A DNA stretch of 34,712 bases from a virus (Duplodnaviria > Caudoviricetes), in the IMG/VR virus record IMGVR_UViG_3300006641_000089, positions 1 to 34,712 of that record; one strand, given 5' to 3'. Shown here one piece after another: positions 25,700-34,380 of this stretch; positions within the stretch are counted from its first letter, which is position 1, and each line of letters starts with the position of its first letter. Made by a program: the position numbers and the translations under genes. Below the pieces are notes generated by a model. The model saw only the letters and a program-made list of their open reading frames with translations, did not search any database and had not been told where the DNA came from.

Positions 25700-27529
25700 T
25701 TATGATTTACTATTTAATAAAATAGAAGCCATAAATGGATCAACATTATGTCTAACAGCAATATCATTCACTTCATTAACTCTTTCTAAATTTTGATCTA
25801 TAGGATTATTACAGTATTTTTCTATATTTTGATTCCAAGAATCTATGGATTCATTAGCAATAATAATTTTCGTGATTTCTTCAGCTACATTTTTTTGGTT
25901 TTCATTTAACTTCTTTTTGTTATGCTTTTTCTTTAAAAAGCTTTCAACAGATCCTTGTAGCTGTTGATATTTCAAAATATTATCTTTAATTTTTGTGTAA
26001 CTATAAGATACAGTAGCGGCGGCTTCTTTAGGAATAGAAGTGGTTCCAGAAGGTCTGCCAACTTCAGAAGCAGGTTTTGAACCACCAACAATTGGATTGT
26101 AATAACCTTGATCTCGATAATCCTTTGTAATTTTTTGAGATTCGAGAGATGTTTCAGTATCAGGAAGTACTCCAGTTTCGATAGCTTTAATAGTTTCTTC
26201 AGGAGTAAGAACACCAAGCTCTAACAATCTTGTATAAACGCGATTTTGAGTAGTATTATCTTTTAAGTTTACTTCTTCAAAATAAGGAGTAGGATATCCT
26301 CTAAATCCAAGAGCTTTTGAAATTCTTTTAATTTCTGGGATTAGAAAATCATGCAAGAATGCTTGGCGACCTTGATTTAATCTCGCTAAAAATACATCAA
26401 TTTTAGCTTCTTGATTAGAGAATTTTTCTCCTCCAATAAGAATATTATTAAGACCCATGTTAATATCATTATTAACTGTCTCGTATTTCTTAGGATCTAA
26501 TAATTCACTAATTTGAGGAACTACGAATTGAGCTTTTGTAGTATAATCGGCAATAAGAACTCGACCAACAGATTCATTCTCAAAAAGCTTCTGCATTGAT
26601 TCAAGATTCTTTTGATTGATGCCTCCTTTTTCAGGCTCTGAACCCATTGTAACTAAAAGAATGGCTTGCTGCATTGTTCTAGCAATAGCCATATCCATCT
26701 TCTTTAACTCAGCTTTGAAATTAATATCTTCAAGAACTGGGTATCCCATAGGAACTGCGAAAGGCTCGTAATCTTGCTTTTTATAAAAAACAGATCTAAA
26801 TCTTTCTGGATTTAAAACAATTCTTAAAGATCCAATTTTAGAAACCTTAATTAAATGTTGAGTCTCTTCGTCAAAACTATCAAAAATTTGCTGATCTTCT
26901 TCAGTTGTAATTGTTCTTAATCTACTTAATTCATATTCGCTAAGAACTTTATAATATTTACCAGTTAAATAAGATGTGCCGCTAGAAAATTGAATATCAA
27001 CAGGATTAATAATGATATAACGAACAGGGATTTTTACATTACTTGTATCTAAAGGACCTCGCCCTAATATTTGAGATAATCTATTTGTATCTTCTTGAGT
27101 AAGCTCTCCTTCAAAACGATAAATGAAAACGTTTCCAGAACGATAATATTCTCTGAAAAATCTATCTTGAAAGCTCCAAAGATTAATCTTTTTAAATAAT
27201 GCGTCAAAAAAATCTCTAGCTTTTTTAGTGCCGCCTTGGAAATAAAGATTACTAACTGAAAATTCTGTCATTACGTCAATGACATTTCTAAATTGCGCAA
27301 AATTATAATAAGCCTTTTGGCATAAAATCGTCGCGTCTTTTATATCAATAGTGCTTCTATCGGCATAATTAGTACGAGTATATTTAAATGGTATTAAGCC
27401 ATCATCAATATTTTTAAACTTATCAGTCCTCTCGATAGTTCCAGCTTTATTTCTTCTCTGACTTGTTACAGAAGAAGCTGTTGCTACCATTAAAGGTTGA
27501 GTTTCTTGTAATTTAGATTTAGATTTCAT
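25700..27529 (-). CDS. Portal protein (609 aa)
   Basis: Lies between terminase and protease genes. AYY...FRNVIDVMTEF and FFREYYRSGNVFIY match the portal wing pattern of a helix followed by GN.F.Y. Size is typical. Confidence 0.82.
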   Translation of the reverse strand: MKSKSKLQETQPLMVATASSVTSQRRNKAGTIERTDKFKNIDDGLIPFKYTRTNYADRSTIDIKDATILCQKAYYNFAQFRNVIDVMTEFSVSNLYFQGGTKKARDFFDALFKKINLWSFQDRFFREYYRSGNVFIYRFEGELTQEDTNRLSQILGRGPLDTSNVKIPVRYIIINPVDIQFSSGTSYLTGKYYKVLSEYELSRLRTITTEEDQQIFDSFDEETQHLIKVSKIGSLRIVLNPERFRSVFYKKQDYEPFAVPMGYPVLEDINFKAELKKMDMAIARTMQQAILLVTMGSEPEKGGINQKNLESMQKLFENESVGRVLIADYTTKAQFVVPQISELLDPKKYETVNNDINMGLNNILIGGEKFSNQEAKIDVFLARLNQGRQAFLHDFLIPEIKRISKALGFRGYPTPYFEEVNLKDNTTQNRVYTRLLELGVLTPEETIKAIETGVLPDTETSLESQKITKDYRDQGYYNPIVGGSKPASEVGRPSGTTSIPKEAAATVSYSYTKIKDNILKYQQLQGSVESFLKKKHNKKKLNENQKNVAEEITKIIIANESIDSWNQNIEKYCNNPIDQNLERVNEVNDIAVRHNVDPFMASILLNSKS

Positions 27530-27530
27530 T

Positions 27531-28697
27531 TTATGCCGCCCAGTTTCTTATAGCGAGAACATGATATGTTACACCGCCAATTGTTAATTCTTGAATATAT
27601 AATTGCCCAGTAGGTACAGAAGCCGTAGAAGGAATAGATCCATACGCTTGAGTATATATTCCAGTTTCTATATTAAATTTCGCGCCGCTTTTAACAACGA
27701 AATTAGAATCTTTATACAAAGTTTCTTTTGAGCCACTTTTAATTTCTAGAAATGAACCGCTATTTAAATTGATATATGATTGATTATAATCAGAAGATCC
27801 ACTTAATTGAGTTAAATCTCCATCGTTTAAATTTAATTCGCTTCCGCTAATAATATTAACTGAATTAGAATTTCCTGATACATAAATATCATTATAAAAA
27901 TATGATATAGAATTATTAGTAAATGAAGCGTTAGTTGCTATTCCCAAAGAAGAAGTAACATTTATATTAGATCCTGTTACATTACCATAAAATCTAACAT
28001 CTCCAGAGAAGAGAGTTTTTGTTGCGAAAGCTTGTCCAGTTCCGCTGAATACAATGTCTCCGCTATTGAACGTAACTCCACTGTTAAAAGTAGTTACTCC
28101 TGAAAATCTAGCGTAAGAAGCGAAATCTGCTGATCCAGTAAATTTAGAGGCTCCAGAAAAAATATTATTACCTACTAAATAAGTATTAGTTGCAGAACCT
28201 GCATTTGATCCTATAGTACTTGTACCTAAAGCTTTGAAAATGCCGCTAAACACTGAAGTTCCAACTCCGACGCTGAAATTATCAGTAATTACGATTGGAT
28301 CATTAAAAGTAGCTGGGGAATTAACAATAATCTCATTGTCAAAAGTACTAGCTCCTTTAAAATTTGAAGATCCAGAGACCGTAATCTGATCTTCGAAAAT
28401 AACAGGATTATCAAAAGAAGCGTCTCCATCAAAACGAGCTACTCCATCAATATTCAAATTTCCTAAACCTGTAATGTTGCCAGATACCAAAAGACCAGAT
28501 TTAACTTTAAAATTTTCTTGAGCTTCAAATGAATCTTTGAAATCAACTGAACCACTGAAAGTTACCGAGTCATTAAATACCACGGATTTGGAATTATATA
28601 CTGTAGCTCCAGTGTTCGATACACCTAAAGCTCCAGTTATATAACTGCCAATCTCTCCAGACTTTATTTGCTTTAATCCTATTAGACTTTGCGGCAT
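27531..28697 (-). CDS. Beta-helix or fibre-like structural protein (388 aa), paralog of 18080-19525
   Basis: Same 23-aa N-terminus and collinear xxFSG repeats, including shared FNDP.., SVGV..S.FSG and GSNAG..T motifs. Confidence 0.7.
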   Translation of the reverse strand: MPQSLIGLKQIKSGEIGSYITGALGVSNTGATVYNSKSVVFNDSVTFSGSVDFKDSFEAQENFKVKSGLLVSGNITGLGNLNIDGVARFDGDASFDNPVIFEDQITVSGSSNFKGASTFDNEIIVNSPATFNDPIVITDNFSVGVGTSVFSGIFKALGTSTIGSNAGSATNTYLVGNNIFSGASKFTGSADFASYARFSGVTTFNSGVTFNSGDIVFSGTGQAFATKTLFSGDVRFYGNVTGSNINVTSSLGIATNASFTNNSISYFYNDIYVSGNSNSVNIISGSELNLNDGDLTQLSGSSDYNQSYINLNSGSFLEIKSGSKETLYKDSNFVVKSGAKFNIETGIYTQAYGSIPSTASVPTGQLYIQELTIGGVTYHVLAIRNWAA

Positions 28698-28706
28698 TTT
28701 AAATTA

Positions 28707-28712
28707 TTACAC
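28707..28712 (-). promoter_or_regulatory. GTGTAA putative phage late-promoter motif
   Basis: Minus strand reads GTGTAA-TAATTTAAA-ATG (start 28697), filling an 18-bp gap after terL. Confidence 0.65.
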
Positions 28713-28715
28713 TTT

Positions 28716-30542
28716 TTATATCATTATAGGCGAAAAAGTAGATACTTCTTTAACTTTTGAAGAAGCTTCAATTTCAAAATAGAACTTTGTCGCCCAATTA
28801 CCCAACATAAATGTTGTATAATTATCTTTTCTAGCTCTATTCGGACTATTGTCTCTTTTCAAATGCTGCGGTAAATCAAAGGTTTGAACTCCCTTAGCAG
28901 AAGATCGAACTTCAATCAAAGCGCATTGCTTTTTCGTTTGATATATAATATTATCCTGAAACTCAATGAAATCTAAAATAGATTCATGACCAACCATATC
29001 TAAATTAACTCCATAAGAGCTTTCTCTATCAAAAGCTTGATTGTTCGCAGAAGTCCTAGAGGCAAACCAAACTTTTCTATGATCAATGTTCGCTTGTAAA
29101 TAATTATTTGCTTTTCTAATAAAATCAGTTGTAAAATTTTGCTTGAAACAAATAGATCCTTTTTCTACATTATATTCACGCGAAGCTTTACGAGTCATTT
29201 GAATATATTCATTTCCTTCTAAAGTAGTATCGGCTTCAAAAAAAGATAAAGAGATATTACTCTTTTTAAATATTTCACTTTCTTTGGCGCTATCAATAAA
29301 TTGATAACCAGCATTATCGATGCAAATCATAACAATTTTAAAACTAGTCATCAAATAATACAAATAGTTAATATGAGCTTTTAAATTACCTCCAGCTACT
29401 GCGTATCCATGAACTAATGTTCCTTGTTTAGCCTCTTCATCTAATTCAAATACGGACATAGCAAAATAATCAGAGCTTGGACTATTTGAGAAACTTGGGT
29501 CAATTGATAATATATATTTAGTATTACTTTTTCCTTTCAAAAGTGTTGTTGGATCTTCGCCATCAGGAATAGTGCATTCATGCATTTTTTTAGCACTAAA
29601 ATAACCATCACTACCATCTGTAAATCGGGCGCAATATTCTCTTAAAAAAGAACTATGAGATGTGCCGCCATTTTGGGCTTCTTCAATAACAGTGTTATCA
29701 ATCATGTGAGAAGGCAATGCTTCATAACTCATTTGAGAAATGAAATATTTAGCATCTCCTACTTCATTAGAATAAATTTTATCATTCCATTCTTTATATG
29801 TTTTATACAAATTCTCGAAAGTAAAAGACGCGGAAGAAAGAGCAATCATCTTGGATGTATTTGGAAACGCCATTCTTTCTTCTTCAGTCATGCGACCTTC
29901 TTTAATTAATCGATCTTCTAATTCGCGAATTTCCATACGCTCCTTCATGTTTTGAGGAGCGACAAGAAACGGCATGAGTACAGTTTTGATAATATCCTCA
30001 GAGAGAAGAAGAAACTCATCAAGGACGAGAATATTAGCGCGAAAGCCACGAATTTTTTCTCCATTGAGAGGAATGGCTGTTATTGAACCTCCGTTAATTT
30101 GCCATTCGTATTGATCATTTCGTTTCGCCTTCGCGCCAAAAGCTTGTTGAAGAAGTTCGCCGCCTTTTGAATCAACGATCTTCTCTAAATAATTAAAAAT
30201 AAAACGAGCAGTTCTAAAAGTTGGACCTGCAATAAGAATTTTTGTATTGGGTTCAAAGATGCATTGTAAAAAACAAAAAATACTACCAATAAAACTTTTA
30301 CCACAACCACGACCCCATACGCACATGGAAAAATTACGATTCATCATACCTTTGAGAGTCATCTCTTGATATGGCGCCAATTTAATTCCAGATAAAAGTT
30401 CGGCAGTAAATCCTACATTGTTTCTTAAAAATTTTGCTAAAGTAATACGAGCTTCTTTATCATCAAGCTCGCCTTTTAGCATTTTATACTCTTGATTTAA
30501 ATCTACGAAATTTCCTTTGTATTTATCTGGGCAGTAGATCAT
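28716..30542 (-). CDS. terL: Terminase large subunit (608 aa)
   Basis: Adenine-binding LAPYQ, Walker A WGRGCGKS, IRGFRANILVLDE Walker B, LSSA coupling motif, and an RNase H-like nuclease domain with SIDPS..SDYF..RKDNY. Confidence 0.93.
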   Translation of the reverse strand: MIYCPDKYKGNFVDLNQEYKMLKGELDDKEARITLAKFLRNNVGFTAELLSGIKLAPYQEMTLKGMMNRNFSMCVWGRGCGKSFIGSIFCFLQCIFEPNTKILIAGPTFRTARFIFNYLEKIVDSKGGELLQQAFGAKAKRNDQYEWQINGGSITAIPLNGEKIRGFRANILVLDEFLLLSEDIIKTVLMPFLVAPQNMKERMEIRELEDRLIKEGRMTEEERMAFPNTSKMIALSSASFTFENLYKTYKEWNDKIYSNEVGDAKYFISQMSYEALPSHMIDNTVIEEAQNGGTSHSSFLREYCARFTDGSDGYFSAKKMHECTIPDGEDPTTLLKGKSNTKYILSIDPSFSNSPSSDYFAMSVFELDEEAKQGTLVHGYAVAGGNLKAHINYLYYLMTSFKIVMICIDNAGYQFIDSAKESEIFKKSNISLSFFEADTTLEGNEYIQMTRKASREYNVEKGSICFKQNFTTDFIRKANNYLQANIDHRKVWFASRTSANNQAFDRESSYGVNLDMVGHESILDFIEFQDNIIYQTKKQCALIEVRSSAKGVQTFDLPQHLKRDNSPNRARKDNYTTFMLGNWATKFYFEIEASSKVKEVSTFSPIMI

Positions 30543-31468
30543 AATTTCTTTATATCATATAATAGCTGCAAATCATAATTTACTGCTATATCTTTATTAA
30601 TAAATATTTTTTCTATAACTCTAGAAGATTCTTTTCTATCATCTACAAATAAAAACTGCACGTTTTTATATATACTCATCAAAGAGCGCACTTTATGAAA
30701 AACAAAGTCTGGATTAACTTTTGTATTTCTAGAAATATAAGATAGATAATTAAATTTCAAACAAGTTGATAAATCGTTTTCCACAACAACGACAATTACA
30801 CTTTCATTTTCTGCGGCTCGCTCTATTTCGCGACAAAATCTATCATATCCCGCGACTAATGTTCCAATGAAGTCTTTCAAAGATTTTCTTTCTATGAAAG
30901 TCTTTCCAGAAACATCCAAATCACTAAGACAATAATCTCCAAAGTCTAATTTTTTGACTTGAGTTTGCATAGAAAAGTCAATAGGCTTTTGCTCTCTTGT
31001 ATCTACGTAAATAAATAAATCAGATGGAATATTATTTTCTATCTGCAAATTATTTACATTTAAAAATTTCTTCTCAAAGCCATTGTCCTCGCAGAACTTA
31101 TAATAATCTCCAATTATTGTTTCTAAAAAATTTATACTTGGAATACCAGAAGACTTTAATTCAACCTGCGAAAATGGATAAATAGATTTCTTTTTATTCT
31201 TTCTCTTCAGCAGTAAAGATTTGCAATAATCTCCAACGATCAAAGGGTCTGAATTTTTCGCCCATCTTTTAAAGTTAATTTTAGAATTAAAATCACTTTC
31301 AAAATATTGCTCTTTATTTTTGAATATAATTAACTCCCCAGAAAGAAGATCTTTTCTAGGAAAATGAGTATGATAATAATCAGAAACTGTTATTTTATGA
31401 GACTTTAAATGTGAATGCAAATTCTTGTCTTCTTCAAAAGACTTATGACATATTTTGCATTTAACCAT
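30539..31468 (-). CDS. C2H2 zinc finger plus ERCC4 (XPF/Mus81-type) nuclease domain protein (309 aa)
   Basis: N-terminal CKICHKSF.....LHSHLKSH. C-terminal YVDTREQ..LDFGDY..IERKSLKDF, which is the GDx(n)ERKxxxD ERCC4 signature. Confidence 0.87.
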   Translation of the reverse strand: MVKCKICHKSFEEDKNLHSHLKSHKITVSDYYHTHFPRKDLLSGELIIFKNKEQYFESDFNSKINFKRWAKNSDPLIVGDYCKSLLLKRKNKKKSIYPFSQVELKSSGIPSINFLETIIGDYYKFCEDNGFEKKFLNVNNLQIENNIPSDLFIYVDTREQKPIDFSMQTQVKKLDFGDYCLSDLDVSGKTFIERKSLKDFIGTLVAGYDRFCREIERAAENESVIVVVVENDLSTCLKFNYLSYISRNTKVNPDFVFHKVRSLMSIYKNVQFLFVDDRKESSRVIEKIFINKDIAVNYDLQLLYDIKKL

Positions 31469-32540
31469 TTAGAATTTCCTCCCTTGAAATACCAAGAATT
31501 CGAGATTTCAATTCATCCATCTCTTCCATCTTGACGGTTTCTTCTTCTAGAGTCTTCTTTCTCATTTCAGCTAATCGAATCATTTTTTGGCGCGATTCTT
31601 CTTCTTTCCAAGCTTGTATCAAATTTATTATACTAGCATTACTCTTGATTTGATTACCTAATCTTTCAGAGCGTTTAGTTTTTAGATCATTAACAAGTTT
31701 TTGTTGTCTGCCAACGCATTGATTGTATTCACTTTGCGCCGTATTAATTGATTCAACAAGACCCATTGAAATTCTGGCGTCATTATCAGTAGCATTCTCT
31801 AATATTTTTTGAAGCTTTTCTACTCGTCGTTGAATATTTGAAGCTATAACTACTTCTGAAGCCAAAATAATATATTGATCTACTTCTTCTTCTGTAAGAT
31901 CATTTTTATCATATGTATAACGTATAAATGAACTTTCAAATAAATCTCTATCAACAGCGCCCTCATAAGAATTAATTTGATGAACAAATCGATATGTATT
32001 GATATACTTCAATAAGCATTCTAAATCTTTCTTTTGTCTAGAATTTAATGTTTCGCGCTTTAAATTTAAGTCATAAATATATCTATTGACTTTATTTATC
32101 GCTTTATCTAAGGATCTTGGAGAAACGTAATCTTCCTGCGCGATTTCTTCTTGTTCTTTGTAAACATCTTCAGGAAGAATGTTTTCAGAAACGAATTTAG
32201 CGACAATTCTAGTTTCATTGTTTAAATTAGAAAGTGTTGGATTATCAAAAATAATGCGGGCCATCTCTAACGCCTTCATAGTTTTGGCGTTATTCAAAAT
32301 AAACTGTTTGTTTTCTTCTGTTAAATCTGGCGCTTTAGTTTTCTTATATTCATGAGCGCCTCTTGCTTTTAAGCTACGTTTTGCTAAAAATGCTTGAACA
32401 AATTTACCTTCTTTACAGCGCCCATCTAATTCAGGTTTATCTGGATAAACTAATTTAATTAGTTCCAACAATGAAGGTGGATCATCAGGACGATTATTCC
32501 ACTCATTGATGATTAGATTTTGCTGTTCTTCGGTTAACAT
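31461..32540 (-). CDS. Helical phage protein (359 aa), candidate small terminase or packaging DNA-binding protein
   Basis: The ORF is solid and coupled on both sides. It has two N-terminal LTEE..I.N..L.E[LM]...[YF] HTH-like repeats and a C-terminal coiled coil. Function is inferred from position only. Confidence 0.45.
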   Translation of the reverse strand: MLTEEQQNLIINEWNNRPDDPPSLLELIKLVYPDKPELDGRCKEGKFVQAFLAKRSLKARGAHEYKKTKAPDLTEENKQFILNNAKTMKALEMARIIFDNPTLSNLNNETRIVAKFVSENILPEDVYKEQEEIAQEDYVSPRSLDKAINKVNRYIYDLNLKRETLNSRQKKDLECLLKYINTYRFVHQINSYEGAVDRDLFESSFIRYTYDKNDLTEEEVDQYIILASEVVIASNIQRRVEKLQKILENATDNDARISMGLVESINTAQSEYNQCVGRQQKLVNDLKTKRSERLGNQIKSNASIINLIQAWKEEESRQKMIRLAEMRKKTLEEETVKMEEMDELKSRILGISREEILNG

Positions 32541-32541
32541 A

Positions 32542-33234
32542 TTAATAAATTTCTATACTGCCATTTTGAATTCCGGCTTTAATTTTTTTAATAATAGATT
32601 TCTGCATGTTTTTTATTTGTTTGTAGCCGGGATTTCTATTTTCCTCGCTGCTTTTGTAGCCCATCTTTTTCGCCGCTTGCTTTTCCGTCATCTTTTTTAT
32701 ATACAGCATTTCATACAATTTCCACTCTAACGGCTTTAATATTTTTTTCATTTTTTGATCAAGATCAATTTTGAACTTATCAATATCAATAGAATCTTCA
32801 TAACTTGTGGACGCGCAATTTTCCAAAGACTCAAATGGTACAGGCATATTTAGATTGTATGCGTGTTTCTTATTTTTTTCCCATTCTTTGTAAAGAGGAC
32901 AATTCGAGCATTGTTTACCAAACTTTTTGCACCCTTCATCTGGCTCCGCTTCGGGACATTGGGCGCATGGTTTAATAAAATTCAAATAGTTGTTTCGTAT
33001 CAAATTCTTGATTTGATTCGATATGATACGATTCACCCAAGGAGCCAAAGGCTTTTTTGAATTATAAAGGTGCCACTTTTTATAAATATGAATTCGTATA
33101 ATCTGAGATACGTCGTCAAAATCTATCCAGCTTAAACTAGATAGATTCCACTTGTTTCTCCTTTTCTTTATTTCATTGTCTATAACAGATATAGACTCTT
33201 CAAAAGATGGCGACTTTTTTCTTTTTTTGTTCAT
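32542..33234 (-). CDS. Phage-encoded sigma70/ECF-like RNA polymerase sigma factor with a Cys-rich insertion (230 aa)
   Basis: Region 2-like DFDDVSQ...W.LY.....LAPWVNRIISNQIKNLIR and region 4-like LKPLEWKLYEMLYIKKMTEKQAAKKMGY, with CAQC-x8-C-x6-CSNC between them. Confidence 0.75.
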   Translation of the reverse strand: MNKKRKKSPSFEESISVIDNEIKKRRNKWNLSSLSWIDFDDVSQIIRIHIYKKWHLYNSKKPLAPWVNRIISNQIKNLIRNNYLNFIKPCAQCPEAEPDEGCKKFGKQCSNCPLYKEWEKNKKHAYNLNMPVPFESLENCASTSYEDSIDIDKFKIDLDQKMKKILKPLEWKLYEMLYIKKMTEKQAAKKMGYKSSEENRNPGYKQIKNMQKSIIKKIKAGIQNGSIEIY

Positions 33235-33623
33235 TGGTTCTTGATTGAACCCGCTTCTCTACGAAAATCATCCATTGTGTAGCCGCCTTCTGATCCTCTT
33301 TGCTCAATTGAACTCGAACTTGAAGTTCCTAGTACATTTTCAATTTTGATCTTTGAGCTTTCTTCTTTTTCAATATCAACATCTAGTTTAGAAGCACTAA
33401 ATGCCAAATCAGTATCAATTTCTGTCTCAAAACCATCATCATCTTCTTCAGAATAAGAAGATTCAGTTTGCGCTAACCTTGGACGAATTTGTTTGGCCGC
33501 TCTGGGGTTCACAGAGCTGGCCGCCGCCATTTTAGAATTAAACGAGTTTCCGCAGTTAGTGCAGAAGTTGGGTTTTTCCATCGAATTGTGTGGCGTACCA
33601 CATTTCTGACAGTAAATTTTCAT
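33231..33623 (-). CDS. Zinc-ribbon protein with an acidic tail (130 aa)
   Basis: YCQKCG..KPNFCTNCG double CxxC motif, low-complexity acidic C-terminus, and an ATGA overlap with the sigma-like gene. Confidence 0.78.
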   Translation of the reverse strand: MKIYCQKCGTPHNSMEKPNFCTNCGNSFNSKMAAASSVNPRAAKQIRPRLAQTESSYSEEDDDGFETEIDTDLAFSASKLDVDIEKEESSKIKIENVLGTSSSSSIEQRGSEGGYTMDDFRREAGSIKNQ

Positions 33624-33635
33624 ATATGTATATTA

Positions 33636-34355
33636 TTATTTCAGATTTTTAAGTTTATTCACCATAAACTTTACAATTTTTGATCTTACAATATCTTCTT
33701 CAGTGAAGCAGAATGTATGAATACCATGCATTTTACTTTCTTCGTCAGAAAACAAGGTGAATAGCTTTTCGAAGCCTCCAGCCTTGTTTTGTGGCAAATC
33801 CGTTTGCATTGGATCCGCGAGAACAAAACAGCGACTGAACTCTCCTAATCTAGTTAATACAGTAATTATCTCCTTGCTTGTACTATTTTGTGCTTCATCA
33901 AAAATAATAGCTTTTGCCGCCCAGCTCATTCCACGCGAATAATTAACAGGATACATTGAAATTCGCTCATCTTTTTCAAGTTTATCAACTTCGGCGCGGG
34001 GCAGTAATTCATCTAATTTTTCCAAAAACGGCAGATTATAATAATGTAATTTTTCATCAGCATCTCCCGGCAAATAACCAATTTTGCTGTCACTGCTTTC
34101 AACTGCGGACCTTATATATATAATATCAGATACTCTTTTATCATTTAATAATAATAATGAAACATATGTCGCAATAATTGATTTCGAAGTTCCAGCAGGC
34201 CCATTTATAAAAATAACGCGAGTATCTTTGTTTGTTGCTAAATCAATAAACTCTTTTTGTTTCGCGGTCCAATTTAAAGACCTTATCGATAATGAATCTT
34301 TAATTTTTTCACGTTGCGTTATTTTAGGAGATTGATCCTTCTTTTTGTCTTTCAT
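33636..34355 (-). CDS. phoH: PhoH-family ATPase (239 aa)
   Basis: GPAGTSKS Walker A, IGYLPGD..EK, RGMSW, IIFDEAQN, LTRLGE, DPMQTDL and DIVRS motifs. Confidence 0.95.
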   Translation of the reverse strand: MKDKKKDQSPKITQREKIKDSLSIRSLNWTAKQKEFIDLATNKDTRVIFINGPAGTSKSIIATYVSLLLLNDKRVSDIIYIRSAVESSDSKIGYLPGDADEKLHYYNLPFLEKLDELLPRAEVDKLEKDERISMYPVNYSRGMSWAAKAIIFDEAQNSTSKEIITVLTRLGEFSRCFVLADPMQTDLPQNKAGGFEKLFTLFSDEESKMHGIHTFCFTEEDIVRSKIVKFMVNKLKNLK

Positions 34356-34364
34356 CTTCTAAGC

Positions 34365-34380
34365 TATTATAATATTACAT
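34365..34380. promoter_or_regulatory. Putative bidirectional promoter between phoH and the endonuclease VII gene
   Basis: The perfect palindrome TATTATAATA (34365-34374) gives TATAAT on both strands, 9-10 nt before each start codon. ATGTAA on the minus strand (34375-34380) resembles the GTGTAA motif. Confidence 0.6.

Noticed and set aside
28716-30542. Intron or intein in terL, also considered for portal and capsid
   Set aside because: The ORFs are continuous, motif spacing and sizes are normal, and I see no intein splice motifs.
25331-34335. Plus-strand ORFs at 25331, 29655, 32506, 32863, 33489, 33757 and 34084, and the minus-strand ORF 25972-26217
   Set aside because: They are antisense or out-of-frame to genes with clear family motifs and have no supporting signals.
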